Positions 26,035-35,163 of a stretch of 64,000 nucleotides of DNA are shown in pieces. Every line of letters starts with the position of its first letter. Position 1 is the first letter of the stretch. The notes beneath the pieces were generated by a model. The model saw only the letters and a list, made by a program, of their open reading frames with translations, ran no database searches and was not told the DNA's origin. Source of the stretch: an uncultured Mycolicibacterium sp. (lineage in GTDB: Bacteria; Actinomycetota; Actinomycetes; Mycobacteriales; Mycobacteriaceae); the NCBI RefSeq assembly GCF_964000695.1, contig NZ_CAXEZH010000097.1; one strand, 5' to 3'. A program made the translations under genes and the position numbers.

Positions 26035-26653
26035 TCGTGGGTGGGCGGGCGTCACACCGTCATCGGACGAGGAAGCTATCTCGCGAATACTGAATGCGGT
26101 AGACGACGAGGTCGCCCAGCACGGTTCGGCCATACGTCTTGCCGACGTCGCCCGCAGGCTCGGTGTCACCCGTCAGACGGTGTATCGCTACTTTCCGAAT
26201 GCTGACGCTTTACTCATCGCCAGCGCGATGCGTGCTGTCAACGGGTTCATCGACCAAGTGATCGAACGCGCCAACGGCCTCAACGACCCCGTCGCTGCGA
26301 TCGTCGAGAGCGTCTCGTTCGGCGTCGAGAACCTCGTCGGCGATCCACAGCTGGAAGCTCTCCTGGCGCAGCGACCAGGGGGTGAAGGGGGCGAAGCCGC
26401 CATCTCGCTCACCTCGGACACCGCGATGGCGTTCTGCTTGTCGGTACTCCGCCGTCTTGATGTTGATTGGGCACTTCACGGGTTCGACGAGGCTGCGCTG
26501 GATGAACTTGCCGAAATGACCTTGCGCACAATCCAGTCCCTGCTCACTGATCCCGGACCCTCTCAGCGCAGCGGCATCGCACTACGTCGGTTTGTTACGC
26601 GATGGCTCGGCCCAGCGATCCTCTATCCACGGCTGGCGTCGCTGTCGCGATGA
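26027..26653 (+). CDS. TetR family transcriptional regulator
   Basis: HTH RLADVARRLGVTRQTVYRYFPN. The start overlaps the P450 end by 8 nt. Confidence 0.8.
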   Translation: MRSRGWAGVTPSSDEEAISRILNAVDDEVAQHGSAIRLADVARRLGVTRQTVYRYFPNADALLIASAMRAVNGFIDQVIERANGLNDPVAAIVESVSFGVENLVGDPQLEALLAQRPGGEGGEAAISLTSDTAMAFCLSVLRRLDVDWALHGFDEAALDELAEMTLRTIQSLLTDPGPSQRSGIALRRFVTRWLGPAILYPRLASLSR

Positions 26654-26817
26654 ATCCCGTCGTCGGACGACCGGATGAGAATCGCCGGGGTGAGAACGCT
26701 GTTTACCCGGCACCGGGCAACGCTTCTTCGACCAACACCGACAGCTCGTCGGGTGGCAACTGAAACGCGACACTCCCCAAGTTCAGGCACAACACCGAAG
26801 CCATTGCCAGAAGAGCC

Positions 26818-27708
26818 CTAGTTGTCCTGCCAGCCTGAGTGGATGTAGGTATCGGCGAAGCGCTTCAGCGAGTCCTTCTTCTTCTCGATCGGGGCATCGA
26901 AACCCAATCCGTCGAATACCCACGGGATCACGATGTTGTCGGTGACCCCGATCTCGGCAAGCTCGCGATGACCGTCCACGCCGAATTTGTCGATACACAC
27001 CGCCTGGAACTCGAATGGCTCATCGGCGCGACCGTATTCGGCGCGCAATGCGTTGAGCTCGGCGATGGTCTCGGCCAGTTGATCACCCGTCATCATCGCG
27101 CTGGTCCAGCCGTCACCGACGCGGGCGGCCCGCTTGAGTGCCACCTCGGTGTGTCCGCCGACGTAGAACGGCACCGGCTCGCTGGGGGCCGGGCTCATCT
27201 GCAAGCGGTCGAAGTCGTAGAACTGACCATGGAACTCGACCATGCCACCGCCCAGGACCAGCTTGATGACCTCGATCATCTCGTCGACACGCTTGCCGCG
27301 CTTGGCGTAGGGCACGCCACACCACTCGAACTCTTCGGGGGCCCAGCCGATTCCGACACCGAAGCCGAACCGGTTGTGCGTCAGGTTGGCCACCGAGCCG
27401 ACCTGCCGCGCCAGCAGCAGCGGATTGCGCGAGCCGAGTTTCATCACGTTTGTGTAGAAGCGCAGCGTCGAGGTCACCGCGCCCATGGCGCCCGCGGCGA
27501 TCAGCGGGTCGACCCACGGGGTGTTCTCGTCCCACATCCGCGACCCGTCGGGTGTGTACGGGTAATCGGCCGCCTGCTTCTCCATGTAGAACAGCGAGTC
27601 GGGAAGCGCTATCGAGTCGAAGCCGACTTCCTCGGCGGTGCGGGCGATCTCGACGAGCTGGTCGACGGGTCCCATGGCGACGCTGCAGGTGTACTGCATC
27701 CGGCTCAT
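26818..27708 (-). CDS. luciferase-like (LLM class, probably F420-dependent) oxidoreductase
   Basis: ATG 27708 overlaps the ltp3 stop (ATGA). 296 aa. LLM-type sequence FGFGVGIGW...FYVGGHTEVALKRAARVGDGW. The upstream part of track ORF 26818..28005 was rejected. Confidence 0.8.
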   Translation of the reverse strand: MSRMQYTCSVAMGPVDQLVEIARTAEEVGFDSIALPDSLFYMEKQAADYPYTPDGSRMWDENTPWVDPLIAAGAMGAVTSTLRFYTNVMKLGSRNPLLLARQVGSVANLTHNRFGFGVGIGWAPEEFEWCGVPYAKRGKRVDEMIEVIKLVLGGGMVEFHGQFYDFDRLQMSPAPSEPVPFYVGGHTEVALKRAARVGDGWTSAMMTGDQLAETIAELNALRAEYGRADEPFEFQAVCIDKFGVDGHRELAEIGVTDNIVIPWVFDGLGFDAPIEKKKDSLKRFADTYIHSGWQDN

Positions 27709-28901
27709 GAGGCGGAGGTGGCCGGTTTCTCGCTGCCGACCACCCACATCGAGTAGTACTGGGCGCCACCGCCGTAGGCGTGTCCGAGCGCCTTCTTGGC
27801 GCCGGGAACCTGGTGATCGCCGGCCTTGTTCATCACCTGGATGGCCGACTCGGCGAAGCGGATCATGCCCGACGCGCCGATCGGATTGGACGACAGCACC
27901 CCGCCGGACGGGTTGAACGGGATGCGCCCGCCGATGGCGGTCTCGCCGGCTTCGGTGAGCTTCCAGCCCTCGCCCTCGGCGGCGAAGCCCAGGCTCTCCA
28001 GCCACATCGGTTCATACCAGGAGAACGGCACGTAGACCTCGCCGACATCGATCTCGTCGATGGGGCTGGTGATGCCGGCCGCCTTCCACAGCGCCGCGGC
28101 AGCGTCGCGGCTGGCCTGCGGGTTCACCTGGTCGCGCCCCGCGTACGCGAGAGGTTCGGTGCGCAGCGCGGTCGCGTGGATCCATGCCACCGGGTGACCC
28201 TCGGCGACGCGCGCGTCGGCGGTGGCTTCGTCACCGATCACCAACGCGGCCGCGCCGTCGGAGGACGGGCAGGTCTCGTCGTATCGGATCGGATCCCACA
28301 GCATCGGTGACTCGAGCACCTTCTCCAGCGTGATGTCGGGCTGATGAAGATGTGCCAGTGGGTTTTTCGCGCCGTTGAGGCGGTCCTTGACCGCGACCAT
28401 GGCACCGATGTGCGTCGGCGCTCCGGAGCGGCGGATGTAGGCGCGGATGTGGGGGGCGAAGTAACCGCCGGCGCCGGCGCCCACCGGCTTGGTGAACGGC
28501 ACCGGGATGCTCAACGCCCACATGGCGTTGGACTCCGACTGCTTTTCCCATGCCATGGTCAGCACGCGCCGGTACTTGCCCGACTGCACCAGGCTCGCGG
28601 CCACGATGGCGGTCGAGCCGCCCACCGAGCCCGCGGTGTGCACGCGGATCAGCGGTTTGTTCGTCGCGCCGGTGGCATCAGCCATGAACAGCTCCGGCAT
28701 CATGACGCCCTCGAAGAAATCCGGCGCCTTGCCCACCACGACGGCATCGATGTCGTCCATCGTGCAATCGGAGTCGGCCAGAGCCTTGTCGATGGCCTCG
28801 CGCACCAGGCCGTTCATCGACACGTCCTTGCGTTTGGCGACGTACTTCGTCTGCCCGGTGCCCAGGACGGCGGCGAGATTCTTCTTTGCTCCGTCAGCCA
28901 T
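27705..28901 (-). CDS. ltp3: thiolase-like lipid-transfer protein (SCP-x type)
   Basis: 398 aa (remembered Rv3523 is 394). Thiolase-fold sequence. Follows ltp4 as in Mtb. Confidence 0.85.
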   Translation of the reverse strand: MADGAKKNLAAVLGTGQTKYVAKRKDVSMNGLVREAIDKALADSDCTMDDIDAVVVGKAPDFFEGVMMPELFMADATGATNKPLIRVHTAGSVGGSTAIVAASLVQSGKYRRVLTMAWEKQSESNAMWALSIPVPFTKPVGAGAGGYFAPHIRAYIRRSGAPTHIGAMVAVKDRLNGAKNPLAHLHQPDITLEKVLESPMLWDPIRYDETCPSSDGAAALVIGDEATADARVAEGHPVAWIHATALRTEPLAYAGRDQVNPQASRDAAAALWKAAGITSPIDEIDVGEVYVPFSWYEPMWLESLGFAAEGEGWKLTEAGETAIGGRIPFNPSGGVLSSNPIGASGMIRFAESAIQVMNKAGDHQVPGAKKALGHAYGGGAQYYSMWVVGSEKPATSAS

Positions 28902-28904
28902 GTC

Positions 28905-29963
28905 TCAACGCCCTTCCAAAACCGCGACCAGATTCTGCTGCAGCGCAGGCCCACTCGTTGCGTGGGCGAGTACCCGGGAGGCCTCACCGGCGAAGACGTG
29001 GCGAGCGGCGAAACCGATGCGCTCGAGGCCCGCCGAGAACATCGGGTTGGCGGCGAGCGCGCCACCGGACGGGTTGATCTTCGTACTGTCGGACAGTCCG
29101 ATCGCCTCGGTCAGGATGAGCTGCTGATGGCTGAACGGAGCGTAGATCTCGGCGAGCTCGATGGAGGAGGTGTCACCGTTGGTGGCCGCCGCCGCCGATG
29201 CGGCGGTGGACGGCGACGTGGTCAGCTCCCGGGCTCCGAGTACCGGCGTCTCGATTCGGTGCTCGATGCCCGAGATCCAGGCCGGCCGCTCACGCAGTTC
29301 ACGGGCCCGGTCGTCGGCGGCGAGTACGATCGCCGACGCGCCGTCGGTGATCGGTGCGATGTCGTGGCGACGCAACGGATCGGCGAAGAACGGCTGGGCG
29401 AGCAACTCTTCGACGGTTCCGCCCGATTCGAGTCGGTCTACCCGCGGGCCTGCCGCCTGGGCGTCGAGTGCGACCTGGGCCATCTGCTCTTCGGTCCATG
29501 TGCCGGCGTCGAGGCCCATGCGCGCCTGCAACCCGGCCATGCTCACCGAGTCGGGCCACAGCGGCGCGACGGTGTACGGGTCGGTCTGCAGGGCCAGCAC
29601 CCGGCGCAACGTTCCGGCCGAGGATTTGCCGAAACCGTAGACCAGCGCGGTGTCGACCTCCCCGGTGAGGATCTTGATGTAGGCCTCGTAGAGCGCCCAG
29701 GCCGCGTCCATCTCGACATGCGACTCGTTGATCGGTGGCACCGCGCCGATGGAGTCGATCGCCGAGATGAACGAGAAGGCCCGTCCGGCAAGGTAGTCCG
29801 ACGACCCCGAACACCAGAATCCGATGTCGGCCTTGGTGATGCCGAGGTCGTCGTAGATCTCGGCGAAGCACGGCATCAACATCTCGACACCGTTGGTGGT
29901 CCCGTCGGTGCGACGCACGTGCGGTGCGTGCGAGAACCCGACGACGGCAACTTCTCTGCTCAC
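28905..29963 (-). CDS. ltp4: thiolase-like lipid-transfer protein
   Basis: GTG 29963 (VSREVAVVGFSH...), 10 nt after the DUF35 gene stop. 352 aa (remembered Rv3522 is 354). Confidence 0.85.
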   Translation of the reverse strand: MSREVAVVGFSHAPHVRRTDGTTNGVEMLMPCFAEIYDDLGITKADIGFWCSGSSDYLAGRAFSFISAIDSIGAVPPINESHVEMDAAWALYEAYIKILTGEVDTALVYGFGKSSAGTLRRVLALQTDPYTVAPLWPDSVSMAGLQARMGLDAGTWTEEQMAQVALDAQAAGPRVDRLESGGTVEELLAQPFFADPLRRHDIAPITDGASAIVLAADDRARELRERPAWISGIEHRIETPVLGARELTTSPSTAASAAAATNGDTSSIELAEIYAPFSHQQLILTEAIGLSDSTKINPSGGALAANPMFSAGLERIGFAARHVFAGEASRVLAHATSGPALQQNLVAVLEGR

Positions 29964-29973
29964 GAAAGTCCCT

Positions 29974-30966
29974 TTACAGGTGATGCTTGTAGGTGTCGTA
30001 GTCGGCGTCGGGTTCGCCCGTCGGCCGGAAGTATTCGATGTTGTCGATGCCCAGGCCCCACTCTTCGCGGGGCTTCCAGACCGCCTGCACTCGCATCCCC
30101 ATCCGCACCTGGTCGGCCTCGATGTCGGCGACGAGGTGCAGCACCGGGATGTCGGCACCGTCGAGCAGCACGTAGGCCGCCACATAGGGCGGCTTGATCC
30201 GCTGCCCGGCGAACGGGATGTTGATGATCGCGAACGTCGTGACCGTGCCGGTGTCGGCCAGTTCGATGTACTGGTCGAGCGGCTGGCCGGTAGCCGGGTT
30301 CGCCTCCTTCGGCGGGAAGTACACCTTGCCGTCGGCACCGGTGCGGGCCCCCAGCAGCTTGCCCTGTTCCAGCGCTCGCAGGAACGCGCTTTCTGGCTGG
30401 GACGCGGTGTGCTGGATCTCGATCCAGCTGGGCACGACGAGCATCGTCACCGGGTCCAGCCCCTGCGGCGGCTCCGGCACCTCCTCGGCGGTGTCACCGA
30501 GCGAGAAGTAGGCGATGTCGGTAATCGCGCCGGCCGGCTCGTCGACCCAGTGCGCGTGTACCCGGGCTCCGGTGCTGATGGCGTCGGGTCCGTCGGCGTC
30601 GACGGCGTGCAGCATCGGGGTGTCGGCGCCGTCGAGGCGGATCAGCGCCCAGGCGAACGGCCGATCCAACGGCTGCCCTTCCAACGGGTGGGACTGCCAC
30701 GTCCACGACACGACGGTGCCGACGCTGGCCACCGGCACGACCTCGGTCAACGCCTCGTAGGTGACGGGGTCATACTCGGCGGGCGGGACCAACACGCGTC
30801 CGTCCGAACCGCGCACCCCGATGATGCGCCGCTCGCGCAGCGCGGTGAAGAACTGACCGAGGAGTGGTCCGACTGAACGGGTGTAGTCGAATGCCAGCTT
30901 CAGAGGAGCGGAAAGTGGCGGTTCATGCGGATCGATCTGCACCGGGCTGCTTTGGCTGGTGGTCAC
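29974..30966 (-). CDS. DUF35 OB-fold protein, Rv3521-like (two DUF35-type halves)
   Basis: Two similar halves (…RVLVPPAEYDP… and …KVYFPPKEANP…). GTG 30966 lies just below the KstR operator; alternative GTG at 30942. The track start 31140 would run through the operator. Confidence 0.75.
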   Translation of the reverse strand: MTTSQSSPVQIDPHEPPLSAPLKLAFDYTRSVGPLLGQFFTALRERRIIGVRGSDGRVLVPPAEYDPVTYEALTEVVPVASVGTVVSWTWQSHPLEGQPLDRPFAWALIRLDGADTPMLHAVDADGPDAISTGARVHAHWVDEPAGAITDIAYFSLGDTAEEVPEPPQGLDPVTMLVVPSWIEIQHTASQPESAFLRALEQGKLLGARTGADGKVYFPPKEANPATGQPLDQYIELADTGTVTTFAIINIPFAGQRIKPPYVAAYVLLDGADIPVLHLVADIEADQVRMGMRVQAVWKPREEWGLGIDNIEYFRPTGEPDADYDTYKHHL

Positions 30967-30975
30967 AGCATCGAG

Positions 30976-30989
30976 TAGAACAGGTTCTA
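30976..30989. promoter_or_regulatory. KstR-type operator TAGAACAGGTTCTA (Rv3521-like / Rv3520c-like divergent region)
   Basis: Matches TnnAACnnGTTnnA. Confidence 0.8.
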
Positions 30990-31036
30990 AGAATGGTTTC
31001 AAGGGACGGCTGTGGCTTCCCGGAAAGGCGGATCGG

Positions 31037-32068
31037 ATGAAACTGGGTCTGCAACTCGGATACTGGGGTGCGCAACCACCGACCAACCACGCCGAACTGG
31101 TGTCGACCGCCGAAGAGGTCGGCTTCGACACGGTGTTCACCGCCGAGGCCTGGGGCTCGGACGCCTACACGCCGTTGGCGTGGTGGGGCCGTGAGACGAC
31201 GCGGATGCGGCTGGGCACCTCGGTGATCCAGCTGTCGGCGCGCACCCCGACCGCGTGCGCGATGGCGGCACTGACTCTCGACCACCTCTCCGGCGGCCGC
31301 CACATCCTCGGTCTCGGGGTGTCCGGGCCGCAGGTTGTCGAGGGCTGGTACGGCCAGAAGTTCCCCAAGCCGCTGGCCCGCACCCGCGAGTACATCGACA
31401 TCATCCGGCAGGTGTGGGCCCGCGAAGCGCCGGTGCACAGCGACGGACCGCACTACCCGTTGCCGTTGACCGGGGAGGGGACCACCGGGCTGGGCAAGAA
31501 CCTCAAGCCGATCACCCACCCACTACGCCCCGACATCCCGATCATGCTCGGGGCCGAGGGGCCGAAGAACGTCGCACTGGCCGCCGAGATCGCCGACGGC
31601 TGGTTGCCGATCTTCTACTCCCCGCGCATCGCCACGATGTACAACGAGTGGCTCGACGAGGGTTTCGCCCGCCCGGGCGCGCGGCGCACCCGCGAGACGT
31701 TCGAGATCTGCGCGACCGCACAGGTGGTCGTCACCGACGATCGTCCCGCGATCATGGAGCTGATGAAGCCGCATCTGGCGCTCTACGTGGGCGGTATGGG
31801 CGCCGAGGGCACCAACTTCCACGCCGACGTGTACCGGCGGATGGGTTATGCCGAGGTCGTCGACGAGGTCACCAAACTCTTCAGGAGTGACCGCAAGGAC
31901 GAGGCGGCCAAGGTGATTCCCGACGAACTCGTCGACGATTCGGCCATCGTTGGCGACCTGGCGTATGTGCAGGAGCAGATCAAAGCGTGGGAGGCCTCCG
32001 GGGTCACCATGATGGTGGTGGGGGCACGCTCGTCCGAACAGATCCGCGATCTGGCCGCGCTGGTCTAG
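31037..32068 (+). CDS. LLM class F420-dependent oxidoreductase, Rv3520c-like
   Basis: ATG 31037 follows GGAAAGG. MKLGLQLGYWG... LLM/TIM-barrel type. 343 aa (remembered Rv3520c is 347). Confidence 0.85.
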   Translation: MKLGLQLGYWGAQPPTNHAELVSTAEEVGFDTVFTAEAWGSDAYTPLAWWGRETTRMRLGTSVIQLSARTPTACAMAALTLDHLSGGRHILGLGVSGPQVVEGWYGQKFPKPLARTREYIDIIRQVWAREAPVHSDGPHYPLPLTGEGTTGLGKNLKPITHPLRPDIPIMLGAEGPKNVALAAEIADGWLPIFYSPRIATMYNEWLDEGFARPGARRTRETFEICATAQVVVTDDRPAIMELMKPHLALYVGGMGAEGTNFHADVYRRMGYAEVVDEVTKLFRSDRKDEAAKVIPDELVDDSAIVGDLAYVQEQIKAWEASGVTMMVVGARSSEQIRDLAALV

Positions 32069-32085
32069 ACACTTCTTGCAGTGTG

Positions 32086-32103
32086 TCTAGAACACGTTCT
32101 AGA
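32086..32103. promoter_or_regulatory. KstR-type operator within an 18-bp perfect palindrome TCTAGAACACGTTCTAGA
   Basis: Core TAGAACACGTTCTA at 32088..32101, 10 nt upstream of GTG 32112. Confidence 0.85.
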
Positions 32104-32111
32104 TTGACGGT

Positions 32112-32870
32112 GTGACCGAAGCCACGAACGCGTCCACACACACGATCGCCGGAACGGTGCTCACCATGCCGGTGCGGGTGCGCACCGCGCATCAGCACAC
32201 CGCGATGTTCGTCGTGGATGCCGACGCCGCGCAGGCCATGATCGACTACAGCGGCCTGCAGGTGTGCCGATTCGCGCGCAACCGGGCGATGGTGGTGCTG
32301 ATGCTCATGCGCTACGAGGACACCGACCTGGGTGCGTACTACGAGTACGGCACCAACGTCATGGTCAACCCGCCCGGCTCGAGTGCGCGCGGGTTCTCGG
32401 CGCTGCAGTCGGCAGGCGCGTTCGTGCACCATCTGCCGGTGGATCAGTCGTTCACTCTGGAAGCCGGACGCACGATCTGGGGCTACCCGAAGGTCATGTC
32501 GGAGTTCACCATTCGCGGAGCGGATGATCCGGCTGGAGTTCGGCACGGCAGGTCGTTCGGCTTCGACGTCACGATCGACGGGCAGTTCGCCGTCGGGATG
32601 GACTTCCGCCCCGGCTTCTCGGTGCCCGCGGCGTTGACCGGACGCAAGCAGGTGCACTCGACGTATTCCTATCTGGACGGAGTCACCCGGGAGACGCCGG
32701 GGGAGATGGTGATGACCGGGGTGCGGTACCGGCCCGGCGGGGTCACGGTGCGGTTGGGTGACCATCCCTATTCCGCCGAACTCGCGTCGCTCGGCCTGCC
32801 CAAGCGAGCGTTGATGTCCAGCTCGGCGGCCAACGTGGACATGACGTTCGGCGACTCCCGCGTCTTCTAG
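32112..32870 (+). CDS. acetoacetate-decarboxylase-like protein, Rv3519-like
   Basis: 252-aa ORF (GTG start) directly upstream of cyp142, as Rv3519 is in Mtb. The family assignment is from memory of Rv3519, not from a motif. Confidence 0.65.
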   Translation: MTEATNASTHTIAGTVLTMPVRVRTAHQHTAMFVVDADAAQAMIDYSGLQVCRFARNRAMVVLMLMRYEDTDLGAYYEYGTNVMVNPPGSSARGFSALQSAGAFVHHLPVDQSFTLEAGRTIWGYPKVMSEFTIRGADDPAGVRHGRSFGFDVTIDGQFAVGMDFRPGFSVPAALTGRKQVHSTYSYLDGVTRETPGEMVMTGVRYRPGGVTVRLGDHPYSAELASLGLPKRALMSSSAANVDMTFGDSRVF

Positions 32871-32905
32871 CCCGGCACCTCGAAGCAGCCACGAAAAGGA
32901 AAGTC

Positions 32906-34108
32906 ATGACCTCGACACTGTCCGGCCTCGACGTCGATCTGGCCGACGGCAACTTCTACGCCGACCGCAACGCGCGGGAGGCCTACAAGTGGATGCGGGC
33001 CAACCAGCCGGTGTTCCGCGACCGCAACGGACTGGCCGCGGCGACGACCTATCAGGCGCTGCTCGACGCCGAGCGCAACCCGGAGCTGTTCTCGTCCACC
33101 GGCGGCATTCGGCCGGACCAGCCGGGGATGCCGTACATGATCGACATGGACGATCCGGCGCACATCCTGCGCCGCAAGCTCGTCAACTCCGGGTTCACCC
33201 GCAAGCGCGTCATGGACAAGGTGCCGGCCATCGAGAAGCTGTGCGACGCGCTGATCGACGCGGTGTGTGAGCGCGGCGAGTGCGACTTCGTCCGCGACAT
33301 CGCCGCGCCGCTGCCGATGGCGGTCATCGGTGACATGCTCGGCGTGCTGCCCCAAGAGCGCGACAAGCTGCTGCAGTGGTCTGACGACCTGGTGTGCGGA
33401 CTGTCCTCGACGGTCGACGAGCTGACCATCCAGAAGCTGATGGACACATTCGCCGCCTACACCGCGTTCACGATGGAGGTGATCGCCGACCGTCGCGCCA
33501 ATCCGACCGACGACCTGTTCTCGGTTCTGGTCAACGCCGAGGTCGAGGGCCAGCGCATGTCGGACGACGAGATCGTGTTCGAGACGCTGCTGATCCTGAT
33601 CGGCGGCGACGAGACCACCCGCCACACGCTGTCCGGCGGCACCGAGCAGCTGCTGCGTCACCGTGATCAGTGGGAGGCGCTCGTGGCGCAGCCTGATCTG
33701 CTGCCCGGGGCGATCGAGGAGATGCTGCGCTGGACGTCACCGGTGAAGAACATGTGCCGCACGCTGACCGCCGACACCGAGTTCCACGGCACGTCACTGA
33801 AAGCCGGCGAGAAGATCATGCTGATGTTCGAATCGGCGAACTTCGACGAGTCGGTGTTCGGCGATCCCGAGAACTTCCGGATCGATCGCAACCCGAACAG
33901 TCACCTGGCCTTCGGTTTCGGCACCCATTTCTGCCTGGGCAACCAGCTGGCCCGTCTCGAGTTGAAGATCATGCTGACCAAGGTGCTGTCCCGGCTGCCC
34001 GATCTGCGGCTGGCCGACGACACCGCGCTGCCACTGCGGCCGGCGAACTTCGTCAGCGGGCTGGAGTCCATGCCGGTCGTGTTCACACCTACCGCCCGCG
34101 TGCTGTAG
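32906..34108 (+). CDS. cyp142: steroid C26-monooxygenase cytochrome P450 142
   Basis: 400 aa (remembered Rv3518c is 398). Heme loop FGFGTHFCLGNQLARLE. Synteny. No operator of its own, so probably co-transcribed with 32112. Confidence 0.9.
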   Translation: MTSTLSGLDVDLADGNFYADRNAREAYKWMRANQPVFRDRNGLAAATTYQALLDAERNPELFSSTGGIRPDQPGMPYMIDMDDPAHILRRKLVNSGFTRKRVMDKVPAIEKLCDALIDAVCERGECDFVRDIAAPLPMAVIGDMLGVLPQERDKLLQWSDDLVCGLSSTVDELTIQKLMDTFAAYTAFTMEVIADRRANPTDDLFSVLVNAEVEGQRMSDDEIVFETLLILIGGDETTRHTLSGGTEQLLRHRDQWEALVAQPDLLPGAIEEMLRWTSPVKNMCRTLTADTEFHGTSLKAGEKIMLMFESANFDESVFGDPENFRIDRNPNSHLAFGFGTHFCLGNQLARLELKIMLTKVLSRLPDLRLADDTALPLRPANFVSGLESMPVVFTPTARVL

Positions 34109-34294
34109 CGCCGCTGCGAGCGCCGCGCCCTTGCGTCGAGCGCCGTTCGGAGGCTCCTTGCACCCGTTCGTCGAACGTGAAGTGAGTGCGAAAAGTAGCG
34201 CTGATTTTCGCAGAGGATTCACGGTGGGCGAGGCGGGCTGATTGGCCTCGGCAGGAACCAGCCGACCGAATCAAGAAGACCGGAGCGGCCCGGG

Positions 34295-35095
34295 CTACTT
34301 CATCTGGAAGTTCGGCGCCCGCTTCTCCTTGAACGCCCGCGGGCCCTCCTTGGCGTCCTCGGACAGGAACACCGGGATGCCGTTGGCGGTGTCGGGCTTG
34401 AAGGCCTCGTTCTCGTGCATGCCCTCGGTCTCGCGGATGGTCTTGAGGATCGCCTGCACGGCCAACGGGCCGTTGTTGTTGATCACCTCGGCGATCTCGA
34501 TGGCCTTGTCCAGGGCAGAGCCGTCTGGCACCACGTAACCGATCAACCCATAGGACAGCGCTTCGGCGGCGGTGATGTGCCGTCCGGTCAGCAGCAGATC
34601 GCAGGCGATCGTGTAGGGGATCTGGCGGACCAGTCGCACCGCGGACCCGCCCATCGGGTACAGGCTCCACTTCGCTTCGGAGATACCGAACTTCGCGCTC
34701 TCGCCGGCGATGCGGATGTCGGTGCCCTGCAGGATCTCGGTTCCGCCGGCGATGGCCGGACCCTCGACGGCGGCGATCAGCGGCTTCTTCAGCCGGCGAC
34801 CCTTGAGCAGGCCGTCGATGCGTGAGGGGTCGTAGCTGCCGTCTTTGAACGAGTCGCCCGGCGGCTTGGCCGAGGCCGCCTTGAGGTCCATGCCCGCGCA
34901 GAAGTAGCCGCCCGCGCCGGTCAGGATGCAACTGCGGATCTCCGGGTCGTTGTCGACCCGGTCCCACGACTCGACCATGATCGAGAGCATCTCGGTCGAC
35001 AGCGCGTTGCGCGCCTCGGGCCGGTTCATGGTGACGATCAGCGTGTGTCCGCGCTGCTCAACGAGGCAGTCGGCCTGCTTGTCGGGGTCGCTCAC
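34295..35095 (-). CDS. echA19: enoyl-CoA hydratase
   Basis: Crotonase fold (FCAGMDLKA...). GTG 35095 follows GGAAGG and gives 266 aa (remembered Rv3516 is 263). Alternative GTG at 35128. Confidence 0.88.
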   Translation of the reverse strand: MSDPDKQADCLVEQRGHTLIVTMNRPEARNALSTEMLSIMVESWDRVDNDPEIRSCILTGAGGYFCAGMDLKAASAKPPGDSFKDGSYDPSRIDGLLKGRRLKKPLIAAVEGPAIAGGTEILQGTDIRIAGESAKFGISEAKWSLYPMGGSAVRLVRQIPYTIACDLLLTGRHITAAEALSYGLIGYVVPDGSALDKAIEIAEVINNNGPLAVQAILKTIRETEGMHENEAFKPDTANGIPVFLSEDAKEGPRAFKEKRAPNFQMK

Positions 35096-35139
35096 AGATG
35101 TCCGCCTTCCAGCGTCGTTGCCAGTCACTTGAACAAAAA

Positions 35140-35153
35140 TGTAACACGTTCTA
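35140..35153. promoter_or_regulatory. KstR-type operator TGTAACACGTTCTA (echA19 / fadD19 divergent region)
   Basis: Matches TnnAACnnGTTnnA, 10 nt upstream of the fadD19 GTG. Confidence 0.85.
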
Positions 35154-35163
35154 GTTTAGAGCT

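Noticed and set aside
28344-30197. 617-aa plus-strand ORF
   Set aside because: It is antisense to ltp3 and ltp4.
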